Source: an uncultured Chthonomonadaceae bacterium (GTDB lineage: Bacteria; Armatimonadota; Chthonomonadetes; Chthonomonadales; Chthonomonadaceae). Taken from it: a stretch of 64,000 nucleotides of DNA. The stretch spans positions 480,001-544,000 of the forward strand of contig CAWFQB010000004.1 of NCBI GenBank assembly GCA_963817895.1, read 5' to 3'. Both the position numbers and the translations under genes were made by a program. Of this stretch, positions 20,039 to 30,827 are shown piece after piece; the first letter of the stretch is position 1; each line of letters opens with the position of its first letter. The notes beneath the pieces are model-generated. The model made no database searches and had not been told where the DNA came from. It saw nothing but the letters and a program-made list of their open reading frames with translations.

Positions 20039-20363
20039 TGTCTTTGCCTCCGGTTCGATTCTGCCAATTATAACACACTCGTCAAGATAGTACAAACAGT
20101 TTAATAAATAATCGAAACACCGATTCAATTCAATTAGCGTAACGCGGGTACAGGCTGTTTGGCGCGGGGCAGTAACTTCTTCAAGTCCCGCGCGTCCGGC
20201 GCGATGACGACCACAACACTCCTTATGCATCGTCACGTCACCCGGAGAACGATGCAGGAAACGTCTGTACCCTTCCGCTTCCTCCAAGTTGGTGGGATAT
20301 GCGTCCACTACAATGGCGACGTTTGCCAGTGATGTCGAAATTTGGATTGCCTATCCAACCCGT

Positions 20364-21977
20364 TTAAACCTGTGCCTGCCACAGGGTCCAGTTGCCGTTG
20401 AACACGCGGAATGGTTTGTCCGGCGCAAACAGCAGCAGTTGTGTGGCGACCTTGTCCAGAAAGAAACGGTCGTGACTGACGACTACCACCGCGCCGGGGA
20501 AATGGATCAACGCCTGCTCCATCACCTGGGTACTGGTCAGATCCAGGTGATTTGTTGGCTCGTCCAGAACCAGCACCTGGGCGCCCGAAAGCAGGCACTG
20601 CGCGAGCGCCACCCGCGCCTTCTGCCCGCCGGAAAGCGTTCCGATCCTTTGCTGCATATCCATCTCCGAAAACTGAAGCAAGGAAAGAAAGCGATTCACC
20701 TGCTTTTTCTGCGCCTGGCCCGCCATGCTGAACTGACCACCGGTTGTGTTGACGGCATGTGTCACTGTGTCTTTCAGGTCAAGGTCGCGCTCAGCCGCAT
20801 TAAAATCCGCAAAGATGACGCCCCGTTCCCATACAACTTTGCCGGAACCGGGAGCTTCCTGCCCGGTCAGCAGGCGCAGCAGTGTGGACTTGCCGCTCCC
20901 ATTAGGCCCGACAATCCCCCACCGCTCTCCTTTCCCCACCTCCAGCGTGACGCTGTCAAAGAGGCGATTGTCGCCGTAAGCATGAGCCACCGCTTCCACC
21001 CGACACAACCGGTCGGGGATACGCAACCCCTGATAAATAGCGGTGATAATGGTGTCTACGGGGCGGGGAGCGCGACGTTTTCGGATGTCGGCCAGTTTGC
21101 GCTGCAGACTGTCACTGGGATTGCGCGCCAGTTCCTCGCGGTCAGAAGCCGCTTCCCCCTCCAGGGTCAGCAATTCTTCCTCATGTTCGAACTGCCGTTC
21201 CAGGTTTTTGAGGCGAAAAGGCTTGGTACGCACATAATTGGTGTAGGTCCCCGGATAATCGTGGAGATGATAGTTTTCGACCTCCACAACGCGCGTCACG
21301 ACCTGGTCCAGAAACTGGCGGTCATGCGAAACCAGGAGCAATCCGCCACGGTAGTCCCGCAGCCACGTTTCCAGCCAGGCCAGACCTTCCACATCCAGAA
21401 AGTTGGTCGGTTCATCCAGGAGCAGCACGTCGGGTTGTTCCAGCAGGATACGCGCAAGGGACGCGCGAATGCGCCATCCGCCCGAAAGCTCCTCAATCGG
21501 TTGATGGCGGCGGGTGGCGTTAAACCCCAATTTGGTGAGAACGGTGTCTATCTGGCGCGGATAATCCCATCCGCCTCTCCTGTCCATCTCTTCCAACAGG
21601 TGCGCCTGTCGGTCAATCAACGTTTCCATCTCCTGCATATCGGTGACGCTTTGCAGCGCCAGGCCGAGCCGATCCAATTCGTCCTCAACGGCCTTCAGGT
21701 CGGCGAACAACGCTTCCAATATCTGCTGAATGGAATCAGAACCGCTTAAATCGGAGAACTGAGAGAAGTAGCCCAGTCGTACGCCCTGAGTGACATCCAC
21801 CTCCCCTTCGTCCGGCTCCTCCTGTCCCAGAATCAGACGCAGCAGGGTCGTCTTGCCCGCGCCATTTCTGCCGAGCAACCCGACACGTTCTCCCGCTCGT
21901 AGTCGGAAAGAGACGTCGCGCAAAACCATCCGGTCGCCGTAACGCTTGGTGACGCGGCTCAACCGTACGAGGCTCAT
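20364..21977 (-). CDS. ABC-F family ATPase
   Basis: Two Walker A (GRNGAGKT, GPNGSGKS), LSGG signatures, LDEPTN twice, no TM. Confidence 0.9.
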   Translation of the reverse strand: MSLVRLSRVTKRYGDRMVLRDVSFRLRAGERVGLLGRNGAGKTTLLRLILGQEEPDEGEVDVTQGVRLGYFSQFSDLSGSDSIQQILEALFADLKAVEDELDRLGLALQSVTDMQEMETLIDRQAHLLEEMDRRGGWDYPRQIDTVLTKLGFNATRRHQPIEELSGGWRIRASLARILLEQPDVLLLDEPTNFLDVEGLAWLETWLRDYRGGLLLVSHDRQFLDQVVTRVVEVENYHLHDYPGTYTNYVRTKPFRLKNLERQFEHEEELLTLEGEAASDREELARNPSDSLQRKLADIRKRRAPRPVDTIITAIYQGLRIPDRLCRVEAVAHAYGDNRLFDSVTLEVGKGERWGIVGPNGSGKSTLLRLLTGQEAPGSGKVVWERGVIFADFNAAERDLDLKDTVTHAVNTTGGQFSMAGQAQKKQVNRFLSLLQFSEMDMQQRIGTLSGGQKARVALAQCLLSGAQVLVLDEPTNHLDLTSTQVMEQALIHFPGAVVVVSHDRFFLDKVATQLLLFAPDKPFRVFNGNWTLWQAQV

Positions 21978-22124
21978 GATTGCACCATAAAAATTGTTGT
22001 ACTCATGAGCTGAGTATACCTGTTCTACGAACCACTCGACTCAGCGGGCGACTTACCCTTGCTAAAGGCGCGCTGAAAGCTGGTTTGCCCGCCCGAATCA
22101 CACTGAGAACATCCCCTGCAACAC

Positions 22125-22160
22125 AAAGGCTGCGCTCCCGTAACAGGAACGCAGCCTTTT
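22125..22160. terminator. Intrinsic terminator-like hairpin
   Basis: aaaggctgcg..cgcagcctttt. Confidence 0.55.
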
Positions 22161-22319
22161 ATTTGATTGGTAGCCAACCATTAAAACTTGTGTGGCTGGC
22201 TGCCGAACATTAGAAACGCTTCAAGAGGACAGGAAGAGGCTGCGTAGGAGCTACCCTCTTTTGAAACCCGAATGGTTCTGTCCTCTTCAAGCCACGTTCG
22301 CTTGACCGCGCGGGTTGTG

Positions 22320-22598
22320 TCAATGCGAATAGCGACGATGCGCGCGCAAGCGCGCTCGGATCGCGTTCGCTTTCAGATGCGCGCGCTCGGCGGCGGCGCG
22401 GTTGCCATGGTTGATCTCCTGCGCGTAGACACCATGCAGTTTCTGCAGACGCTGCCGCGCCTGACGAACCATAGGGCGATGGTGTCCATAATCCATCTCA
22501 CGATGCTCATACCCCTGTGCAATGGCGCCGTTGCCGATACCGGCGAATAAGGCGCACAAACCGCCCAATGCGACAACCCTGGCGACTAAAACCTTCAT
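22320..22598 (-). CDS. Small secreted Arg/His-rich helical protein
   Basis: Signal peptide ending AIA-Q, GAGGA RBS. Confidence 0.6.
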   Translation of the reverse strand: MKVLVARVVALGGLCALFAGIGNGAIAQGYEHREMDYGHHRPMVRQARQRLQKLHGVYAQEINHGNRAAAERAHLKANAIRARLRAHRRYSH

Positions 22599-22900
22599 GG
22601 GTTCATCCTCAACTTTCAAATTGAATTAGATGGGGGCATAAATGCTCCCTTCCTTTATGTCCACAGACGAAGGGAACAATGCGACGGTTAGTTCGCTCTG
22701 CGCCTCAAGTTCATCTGTAGTCATTTTCAAAAAGACGAAGCGCGATGCCTGACGTGACACATCTATCCTATGGGATTGCTGAAAGAACGAACGCATCATC
22801 CCTGTTACGGGTTGGGAGTTACCTTTAAGCTCCGACAGTGCCTGTCTTGACTTCTGCAGGTCCGCCTATCCTGTTTCCCTTGCGCATCGGAGATAGGCGT

Positions 22901-23386
22901 TCAGCCGCGACGAGCTGCCTCGATGGTCGCGATGTCGATCTTCTTCATCTGCATCATCGCCTCGAATGCGCGTTTGGCGACAGCGGGGTCGGCGTCTGTT
23001 ACCGCCTGGATCAGAGCGACCGGCGTGATCTGCCAGGACAATCCCCACTTATCCTTGCACCAGCCACACTCACTCTCTTCGCCGCCATTACCGACGATGG
23101 CGTTCCAGTAACGATCCGTTTCCGCCTGATCAACGGTTGAGACCTGAAACGAGAATGCTTCGCTGTGCTTGAACGCAGGCCCGCCATTAAGCCCGAGGCA
23201 GGGAATCCCCATCACGGTGAACTCGACCGTCAACACGTCCCCTTGCTTCCCGGCCGGATAGTCGCCCGGCGCGCGGTGTACCGCGCGGACGGTCGAGTCG
23301 GGGAATGTCTCGGCGTAAAATCGCGCCGCGTCCTCGGCGTCCCCGTCGTACCACAGACAGATCGTGTTCTTTGCTGGCTTTTCCAT
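22901..23386 (-). CDS. VOC / PhnB-like (3-demethylubiquinone-9 3-methyltransferase family) protein
   Basis: ICLWYD..AEDAARFY, LNGGP, CGWCKDKWGLSWQ. Confidence 0.9.
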   Translation of the reverse strand: MEKPAKNTICLWYDGDAEDAARFYAETFPDSTVRAVHRAPGDYPAGKQGDVLTVEFTVMGIPCLGLNGGPAFKHSEAFSFQVSTVDQAETDRYWNAIVGNGGEESECGWCKDKWGLSWQITPVALIQAVTDADPAVAKRAFEAMMQMKKIDIATIEAARRG

Positions 23387-23678
23387 TTCATCTCTCCTTC
23401 TTGATGAGCTGCCCCGAAGCCGGAGCCGTCGGCGCACCCGAAGTCAAAGGCATCCGTCCCGCAGACGTTTTTCACGCGCTTAAGCGCCGCAAGCTCCTGA
23501 TGACTTCTGCTATGACGGCTGTAACGGTTTTCGGGCGAGCCGGTTTCCTTACCCTCACTCATAGTCGAACGGCCGAACCGGAATTCGACAAATCATTCAA
23601 TAAATTTTCCGGCGATTGCCTGACTGTACTTAGTGAGTTGACGCCAACGGTTTTCTCAAGACCAGCAGAGGGCGCTTA

Positions 23679-24281
23679 TCAAGAGTTAAAAGGGCGTGAC
23701 CCCCTGATCAGGATGTCTATCAGGCGTGTGGCGCTTGCTTTCCAGTCTTCGCTCGGCCCAAAGAACGTGACGCCGACGATAGCCAGAATATGATCTACCG
23801 GGTTAATATCCGGTCGGATATCGCCCGATTGGATGGCCCGCTCATAGATCATCGTGGCCGCTCCTCGAACTTTCGACATGCTCTCCTCAAATACCGGGCT
23901 GCTGCCCACAAGACCGTTCAATGCGGCCGCAATAATCTTCTTGGTGGCAAGGTACTCAATAAAGAGTTGCAGCCAGGCCCGAATAGCCTCCTCTGGAGAC
24001 AACTCTCGAGAGAGTTGCTCGGCAGCATCAGCGAGCTTCTCCACCTCAGCTCGGTAGACCGCCCCCAGAAGCGCCTCTCGTGAGGGAAAGTGACGGTAAA
24101 GGGTGCCTGCGCCGACGCCAGCCTGTTTCGCGATGTCATCCAGGCTCGCGCCGGCGCCGTTTTCCGTGAAAGCCTCTTTAGCGATTTGAATGATTAACTC
24201 CCTGTTGCGCTGACCGTCAGATCGGGGCTTTCGTGATGATTGTGGGTTTTCCGCAGTTGGGGATGTTTTTTCGAGTTTCAT
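23679..24281 (-). CDS. TetR family regulator
   Basis: RSDGQRNRE..SLDDIAKQAGVGAGTLYRHFP. Confidence 0.9.
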   Translation of the reverse strand: MKLEKTSPTAENPQSSRKPRSDGQRNRELIIQIAKEAFTENGAGASLDDIAKQAGVGAGTLYRHFPSREALLGAVYRAEVEKLADAAEQLSRELSPEEAIRAWLQLFIEYLATKKIIAAALNGLVGSSPVFEESMSKVRGAATMIYERAIQSGDIRPDINPVDHILAIVGVTFFGPSEDWKASATRLIDILIRGSRPFNS

Positions 24282-24302
24282 AGGATTATGGCAAAATCGC
24301 GC

Positions 24303-24352
24303 TTGACAAACGGAGACTATCTCCGGTAATATATTAAGCGGAGATAGTCTCC
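24303..24352. promoter_or_regulatory. Divergent promoter with two TetR operator palindromes
   Basis: TTGACA at 24303, TAATAT at 24327; CGGAGACTATCTCCG 24311-24325 and an inverted copy at 24339-24352. Confidence 0.7.
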
Positions 24353-24428
24353 ATTATACCGATTTATTGCTGCGGGAGTCAACCGAGCGCGGGGAGTCGG
24401 ACGTTTGTGACTATCGAAGGAGAAAGCA

Positions 24429-25322
24429 ATGAGAGTATTCATAACGGGAGCAACCGGATTCATTGGTTCAGCCTTGATTCCTGAGTTGATTCAGGCGGGC
24501 CACACGGTTCTGGGCATGACGCGGTCGGAGAAAGGCGCCGAAAGGCTGACGAAGGCCGGGGCTGACGTTCATTACGGCACTCTTGAGGAGATCGAGAGCC
24601 TGAAATCAGGAGCCTCTCTGGCCGACGCCGTCATCCATCTGGCGTTCAATCATGACTTTTCAAGGATTCAGGCAAGCTGCGAGGAGGATCAACGCGCAAT
24701 TGAGGCGATAGGGGAAGCACTCGCGGGTTCGGGGCGACCGTTCATCGGCACGGCAGGCGTTTTGGTTGACAACCTGACCACCGGAAAGCCTTTTGATGAG
24801 GACGATACGAAGCCCGCCTCCCAATTCCCCCGGGTATCGGAAGAAGCCACTCTGGCGACGGTCGAAAAAGGAGTGAAGGGAAGCGTGATGCGCTTATCCC
24901 AGATTTACGACACGCGGCAGCAAGGACTTGTGAGTTTCTTGATTCAGATTGCCCTGGCGAAAAAGGTAGCGGCCTATGTCGGCGATGGCGGCAGCCGGTG
25001 GGCGGCGGCGCACGTCAGCGATACCGCGCGGCTTTACCGGTTGGCTCTGGAAAAGGGCGAGGCTGGATTCAAATGGCATGCCGTTGGCGAACAGGGCGTG
25101 ACTGCCAGGGACATAGCGGAAGCGCTTGGCCGACGTTTGAACCTGCCGGTGGTTTCAATTACTCCTGAAGAGGCTCCTGCGCACTTCGGTTTTCTCGGCC
25201 ATTTCATGGCGCTTGACTCGCCCACTGCGAATACGAAGACCCGCGAACGGCTGGGATGGGAGCCGACGGGACCCTCGCTTATCGAAGATCTAAATCAACT
25301 TGTTTTGCCGGAAGAAGCCTGA
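24429..25322 (+). CDS. NAD-dependent epimerase/dehydratase (atypical SDR)
   Basis: VFITGATGFIG, HLAFNHDF. Confidence 0.9.
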   Translation: MRVFITGATGFIGSALIPELIQAGHTVLGMTRSEKGAERLTKAGADVHYGTLEEIESLKSGASLADAVIHLAFNHDFSRIQASCEEDQRAIEAIGEALAGSGRPFIGTAGVLVDNLTTGKPFDEDDTKPASQFPRVSEEATLATVEKGVKGSVMRLSQIYDTRQQGLVSFLIQIALAKKVAAYVGDGGSRWAAAHVSDTARLYRLALEKGEAGFKWHAVGEQGVTARDIAEALGRRLNLPVVSITPEEAPAHFGFLGHFMALDSPTANTKTRERLGWEPTGPSLIEDLNQLVLPEEA

Positions 25323-25382
25323 GTTTATCCGGTGATTGTCGCGGGTTGAGTTTGTGGTATAACAACATCACGACTCCTTCAT

Positions 25383-25454
25383 TAGACCTCTTTCATAAGT
25401 TCTTGTAAGCGCGGCAGGTTTCATCTCATTCAACAGACTTACGAAAGAGGTCTA
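25383..25454. mobile_element. 72-bp mini-IS/MITE remnant
   Basis: TAGACCTCTTTCATAAGT versus ACTTACGAAAGAGGTCTA (17/18 inverted match). Confidence 0.5.
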
Positions 25455-25570
25455 TTTACCCCATTCCGCCCCAATCCTTTGCAGGATTCCGCCTGTTTCT
25501 GTTGAATTCTAACGTCGCTGCTCAAACAGGTTGCCCATCCGGTCGTGATGAGTCCTCTTACCGCGCCCTG

Positions 25571-25701
25571 AGAGCCTATCCCGATAGGTTCCCCTTCCCC
25601 CAGGTTGCGTATTTCCAAAGCGAAGCAGAAATACGCAACCTGGGGGAAGGGGTATGTCTACAAGAGGACGCCCGGATTGAGGGCTAATTGGGATAGGCTC
25701 T
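25571..25701. mobile_element. 131-bp MITE-like element with internal 25-bp perfect hairpin
   Basis: AGAGCCTATCCC / GGGATAGGCTCT termini; inner stem 25591-25615 / 25628-25652. Confidence 0.55.
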
Positions 25702-25739
25702 TAGTTGGCTGGCTACAATTTGTTAAGATGGAGAAACCA

Positions 25740-26823
25740 ATGCAATATGGATTGAATATAAACCCTGCGCGTGGGCTGGACTTAGTCTCACTGGGGGCAC
25801 TTGTCCACCGCCTGGATACCGGGATCATTCCCTTCCGCAAGGCAACCGAGTGCCAGATTCATGTCAGCGGCGGCGAGTTCAACGTGGCCGCCAATATGGC
25901 GGACTGCTTCCGGCTCAAGACGGGGATTGTCACCGCGATGGTGGATTACCCGGTCGGGGATTTGGTTGCGGATCGGGTCCGGGCGATGGGGGTCGAGCCA
26001 TTCTACAAACGCTACTCACACGATGGCGTCAGCGGCCCCAATATCGCCTCCGTTTACAGCGACCGTGGTTTTGGGAGCGCGCGCGCCCGTTGTCTTTTAC
26101 AACCGCGCCAATGAGGCCGCCGCGCAGCTCAAGCCGGGCAACTTCGACTGGACGGCCATCTTCGCGAACGGGGCGCGTTGGTTTCACAGTGGCGGCATTT
26201 TCGCCGCGCTTTCCGAAACAACCTCCGAGGTAATTCTGGAGGGAATGGCGGCGGCAAAGGCTGCCGGCGCAATCATCTCCCTCGATCTCAATTTCCGCGA
26301 GAAGCTCTGGCGGAAGTCGGGAGGCGCGGCCCGCGCCCAGGAAGTATTAGGGCGCATCATGGCGTATGTGGACGTGCTTGTCGGAAACGAAGAAGACATG
26401 CAGAAGGGACTCGGCATCTATGGCCCGGAGGTTTCCGAGAAGTCTAGCCTCGACCCCAGCACCTTCTTCGGGATGATTGATCGCGTGGTGGAACAGTACC
26501 CGCAGGTGAAGATCGTGGCGACGACCCTGCGGGAAGTACATTCCACAAACCGGCATACATGGAGCGCGGTCGCCTGGGTGGACGGCCAGACATACGTGGC
26601 TCCGACCTGTGATCTAGATGTTTATGATCGCGTCGGCGGGGGCGATGGATTTGCCTCCGGCTTCTTCTACGGCCTGCTCACGGGCGAGACGCCGCAGGCA
26701 GCAATCAACCTGGGATGGGCGCACGGGGCGCTGCTGACGACGTTTCCCGGCGATACGACAATGGCAACGCTGGATCAAGTCCGCGCCTACGCGCAGGGTG
26801 GCTCCGCGCGAATTCAGCGTTAA
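25740..26823 (+). CDS. kdgK: PfkB sugar kinase, 2-keto-3-deoxygluconate kinase-like (frameshift near 26075)
   Basis: SGGEFNVA, WFHSGGIF, DLNFREKLW, DRVGGGDGFASG. Confidence 0.75.
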
Positions 26824-26897
26824 TCAAGCGCCCCTCCGGGCAAGTGAAAAGAGCGGCTGCCTGGCCGCTCTTCCATCAAGGTTGACCGCGACAGACC

Positions 26898-27422
26898 TCA
26901 AGTCAAAGAACTGCTCATGCGAGAATCAGCGTTGTTTCGTAGAACGTCGGGGGCGTCTACCCACCCCATTCCGACTTCCTCCGAAAGACGTTTCACCGTT
27001 GCTTTATCTGCCGTCATGGGCAAACCCTTTGGGGGAAGCGTCCGAGTTTCGGCAGGCTGCGCTGCTTCGATAATCATTCTTTCGAAACCCGCCGGGGTAT
27101 AAGAGTTCAAAACGCGCGCCGTTTCGGTATCCACGCGAAAGCTGTGGACGGTGCCAGGCGGCACAGTGACGAAGGAGCCTGCGCCGGCCGTGATGGTTTC
27201 GTCGCCAACGAGGAAGGTGATCTCGCCCTCGAGAATATAGAACATCTCCCGCTGTTCGTGCGTGTGAGGCGGTGGCCCGGAGTCCTTCGGGCAAAGTTGT
27301 TCCATCAGGGAATATTGACCGTTGGTGGTTTCGCCGGTGGCGAGAATGAGCCAGAGAATGTCCACCTCCCAATAGGCGGGAGCATGGGAATTACTCTGAA
27401 CAAGCGCGTTGAGTATCATCAT
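26898..27422 (-). CDS. Cupin domain protein (quercetin dioxygenase-like)
   Basis: GPPPHTH..EMFYILEG, VPPGTVHSF. Confidence 0.85.
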   Translation of the reverse strand: MMILNALVQSNSHAPAYWEVDILWLILATGETTNGQYSLMEQLCPKDSGPPPHTHEQREMFYILEGEITFLVGDETITAGAGSFVTVPPGTVHSFRVDTETARVLNSYTPAGFERMIIEAAQPAETRTLPPKGLPMTADKATVKRLSEEVGMGWVDAPDVLRNNADSRMSSSLT

Positions 27423-27449
27423 TTTACCTCTTCCTGATTTCACCTGGGT

Positions 27450-28338
27450 TCAGGAACGTTTTCCAATCGCGTCCTGTAGTTTCGTCCATACGACATCGGG
27501 ATAACGGGCGTTATCCAGTGATTGATGATGCGCGCTGAACATGCTCTGCATGTACTGACTCTGCTGCCAGCCTGCATACAGCTCGTTCTCGCCCTCGGGA
27601 TGCGCGGCGCGTTCGCGCTTGTTGTACACACCCAAATCTTCCAGACTTCCTATGCGCGCGAGCGTGAAAGGCGTTTTCAAAGTCTCCCCGGTGAACTTGA
27701 CAAGATCATTGGGGCTGACTTGAAAACTCGCAATCTTCAGAGCGCGCGGCGTTGTGGGATCGAGGGCGGCGGCGGCGGTATAGGCGGCGGTGTCATCCAT
27801 CGTGGTGAAGTCAATATGCCAATCAGGATCTTCCCAATACCCGACCGTCTTCTTTTCAAAGTCCAGAAGCGGAACGTTATAGGTCAGAATTTCGCCGAAG
27901 GCTCCGTTGAAGATGGAGGTCGAAGCGATGGGCGCGACATCCAGGCGTTTGTGAAACTCGCGCCGCAGATCAAAATTGCGATTCTCGCCTTCCGGCAACG
28001 TGGTGAAGTCGGTGCAAAAATCCGACGGAATGAACCGTGGCACTCCCGCCGCAATAGCCGCTTCCAGCAAAACGGACTGAGCCTCAACAATCACGTCCCG
28101 CAGTCCTTGAAATCGCAGAAACCACGCAACCTGATCCGGCGCATGCTCTGGCGATGTCGGCGGCGCTTGACATGTCAACGACAGCGACCTTTACGCCAAA
28201 TTCTTCTAACGCCTTGATTTTGTCGGCCTCCGCTCCGACCCGCGTAAGCGCGACCACGTTGGCTCCTCGTCCGAGGAGAGCCTTTGTGATGCGCTTGCCA
28301 AGATTACCTGTCGCGCCCGCTACCACGATTGTCGTCAT
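27450..28338 (-). CDS. NmrA family NAD(P)-binding protein (frameshift near 28110)
   Basis: VAGATGNLG in ORF 28084-28344; GVPRFIPSDF in ORF 27450-28178. Confidence 0.8.
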
Positions 28339-28422
28339 TGCCACGCTCCTTACCCGATGTCTTTAATCGGGGTTTGTGAAACCACTGCTTTCCGACCTTT
28401 GGAAGGAAACTGCCTCAGAATA

Positions 28423-28479
28423 AGTTACCACTGGTAACTAATCTTAAACAGAGTGTAGCACAGAGTAACCACCGGTTAC
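28423..28479. promoter_or_regulatory. Two palindromic operators upstream of the NmrA gene
   Basis: AGTTACCA-C-TGGTAACT 28423-28439 and GTAACC-ACC-GGTTAC 28465-28479, next to a TetR gene. Confidence 0.6.
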
Positions 28480-28584
28480 AAGACTAATGGAAATATTATC
28501 AAGGAAAATTTTCAGGGGACGATTTTCTTAGCGGTTTCTGTGGCGCGCCTGCGAGGAGGGGCTTACAAACTAAGTGCGCTCCCA

Positions 28585-29229
28585 TCAGGAGAAGGCTTCC
28601 GGCTCTGAAGCGATTGTTTTCAGGCCCGCCCACATGATCTTGATGGATTGCTCCACGACGCTGGCCGGCGACGACAGGTGCGGAATGTTTCCCTGGACGA
28701 TCAAAACCATGGTCAGCCCGAAAATGGAGTTCCACCAGGTATGCGCGTCCAGCAGTGGGTCTGCCATGCTCAACCCGCTGTAGCGCGAACACTCAATGAA
28801 TACCTTCACCAGGCGTTCGAACAGGGGTCTGCCAATGGCGTTGATGTAGTCTCCAGCGCGGATGCCGTTGCGGTCTTCCGGCCCGAAGAAGACGATGCGA
28901 AAATGCTGGGGGTGCGTCAAACCGAAGCGAACGAAGCCGCGTGAGGTTTGGAAGAGACAATCTTCGGGGTTCGCCGCCGCGACCGCGATGGCGTCGAACT
29001 CGGCGACAAGGAGGGCGAACGTCTCGCGACAAAGTTCGGCGAGAAGATGCGATTTATCAGGAAAGTATCGGTACAAACTGGCGTGCGTACAACCCATTTC
29101 TTCTGCAATCGCGCGTAACGTCACGTTTTCGTAACCTAATTTAGAAAAAAGGCGGCTGGCAACGTCGAGAATATCTTTGCGGCGCTGATCGCGGCGCTCT
29201 TCTTTGCGACTGCTCGATGGGGTACTCAT
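28585..29229 (-). CDS. TetR family regulator
   Basis: TLRAIAEEMGCTHASLYRYFPDK. Confidence 0.9.
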   Translation of the reverse strand: MSTPSSSRKEERRDQRRKDILDVASRLFSKLGYENVTLRAIAEEMGCTHASLYRYFPDKSHLLAELCRETFALLVAEFDAIAVAAANPEDCLFQTSRGFVRFGLTHPQHFRIVFFGPEDRNGIRAGDYINAIGRPLFERLVKVFIECSRYSGLSMADPLLDAHTWWNSIFGLTMVLIVQGNIPHLSSPASVVEQSIKIMWAGLKTIASEPEAFS

Positions 29230-29320
29230 TATATATTAGAATACCCGGGTTCGGCCAACATTTGGATATAGAGAAGATTGCCATGACCGATAGTTGGATC
29301 AATCGTGATGCTCCAGCAAT

Positions 29321-30253
29321 TCACGGCCTGGCGGCTAATAAATGTTTTTGTACAAACGCCATGATGTGCGTCACCGCTTCCTGCGGATTTTTGCCGAAAT
29401 CGGCATGGCCTGCCCCTTCCAGACGCAGAAAGTCCACATCTGCCCCCTTCTCTTTGAGCTTTGCCGCAAACTCCTCCGACTGGGTAATAGACACCAGCGT
29501 ATCCGCCGTGCCATGCGTCAGGAGCGTCGGAACCGTCTTCTTGCTGACATACGATATGGGACTGGCCGCCCGGTATTGCGCTGCCTCCTGCGAAGGTGTT
29601 CCTCCCAAAAATCCTTCCAGCGCGCTGCGCAGTCCGCGCCCCTCCTCTTCCTTCTGCTGAAACGTGTCGCGATATATCCGCGCGAGATCGTAGGGGCCGC
29701 TCATGCAAATCATGGCGCAAATGGCGCTGGACTGTTCGGGATTCCCTCCCGTGCCTTCCCACCTCTTCTCCCCATTGGTCGTTCCCAGCAGCGCCACGAG
29801 ATGCGCCCCGGCGGAGCCACCCAATGCCCCGATACGCCTGGGGTCAATGTGGTATTTGTCGGCATTAGCCCGCAGCCAGCGCACCGCGCACTTCACGTCT
29901 TCAACCTGCGCGGGAAAGCGGTATTTTGGAGCGAATCGGTATTCAATCGAGATACACACGATGCCCTGTTGCGCAAGGGAATATAAGAAGGGACGCAAGC
30001 TCTCTTTGTCGCCGCCGATCCACCCACCGCCATGCACCAACACCAGCGCCGGAAAGGGGCCGCTTCCCTGTTTGGGACGAGCCAGGTCCAGATGCAGTGG
30101 CTGCTGGCCTCCAGTTCCGAAGACAAGGTTGGTTTCCAGCGCGATGTTGGGCGGAGGAGCCTGCGCCTGTTTCTTGACGAAGGCTGCCAGAACCAGAAAG
30201 CTCAACAGAGCTAGACAACTCAGCAGCAAGACTGACAAAGCGCGTTTGCGCAT
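29321..30253 (-). CDS. Secreted alpha/beta hydrolase (esterase/lipase)
   Basis: HGGGW, GGSAGAH, HGTAD, GAGH. Confidence 0.9.
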   Translation of the reverse strand: MRKRALSVLLLSCLALLSFLVLAAFVKKQAQAPPPNIALETNLVFGTGGQQPLHLDLARPKQGSGPFPALVLVHGGGWIGGDKESLRPFLYSLAQQGIVCISIEYRFAPKYRFPAQVEDVKCAVRWLRANADKYHIDPRRIGALGGSAGAHLVALLGTTNGEKRWEGTGGNPEQSSAICAMICMSGPYDLARIYRDTFQQKEEEGRGLRSALEGFLGGTPSQEAAQYRAASPISYVSKKTVPTLLTHGTADTLVSITQSEEFAAKLKEKGADVDFLRLEGAGHADFGKNPQEAVTHIMAFVQKHLLAARP

Positions 30254-30488
30254 TTGCACTCCTTTTCGATACTCCCGGTACGGTTCACATGGGAGGAGCC
30301 TGTCCGGTTTCACGAGTAACACCGACAGAGAGAGAGATAAACGAACCGGCAGAAAGGAACCACTTCATCAGGTAATATTTAGACCGTGAACTGATGTGAT
30401 TGGTTTCAGATCGCTTATATTAATTAACACACAAGGACGTTATCTTACCTGATCAAGCAGCCGGACAATCGAAAGCGAGGATTTCAAA

Positions 30489-30827
30489 ATGGACAAACAG
30501 CATACCGGGCAAGTTTCCTGCGCGAATTTCGAATTCAGTGGGACGATCTGGTACTGGAAAGGTCCGTCTCCGTATCATTTTCTGACGGTTCCCGCCGCGC
30601 AATCAGGTGAGTTGAAGGAGATTGTCCATCTTGTCACTTATGGTTGGGGAATGATTCCCGTCCAGGCCCATCTTGGCAGTACAAGTTTCACAACGTCGCT
30701 GTTTCACAAAGACGGGCGCTATGTCTTGCCCCTCAAGGACAGCGTCCGAAAGGCGGAAGGCGTAACAGAAGGGGATCAGGTGACTGCGCGTATTGAGGTG
30801 AAAGTCCGGAGCAGAGAATCGTTATAG
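30489..30827 (+). CDS. DUF1905 family protein
   Basis: WYWKGPSPYHF, YGWGMIPV, TSLF.KDG.YVLPLK. Confidence 0.75.
   Translation: MDKQHTGQVSCANFEFSGTIWYWKGPSPYHFLTVPAAQSGELKEIVHLVTYGWGMIPVQAHLGSTSFTTSLFHKDGRYVLPLKDSVRKAEGVTEGDQVTARIEVKVRSRESL

Noticed and set aside
20289..21749. Long antisense ORFs (also 35729-37168, 42581-43576, 54892-56055, 11303-12529)
   Set aside because: They shadow well-supported genes on the opposite strand, as expected in GC-rich DNA, and show no motifs
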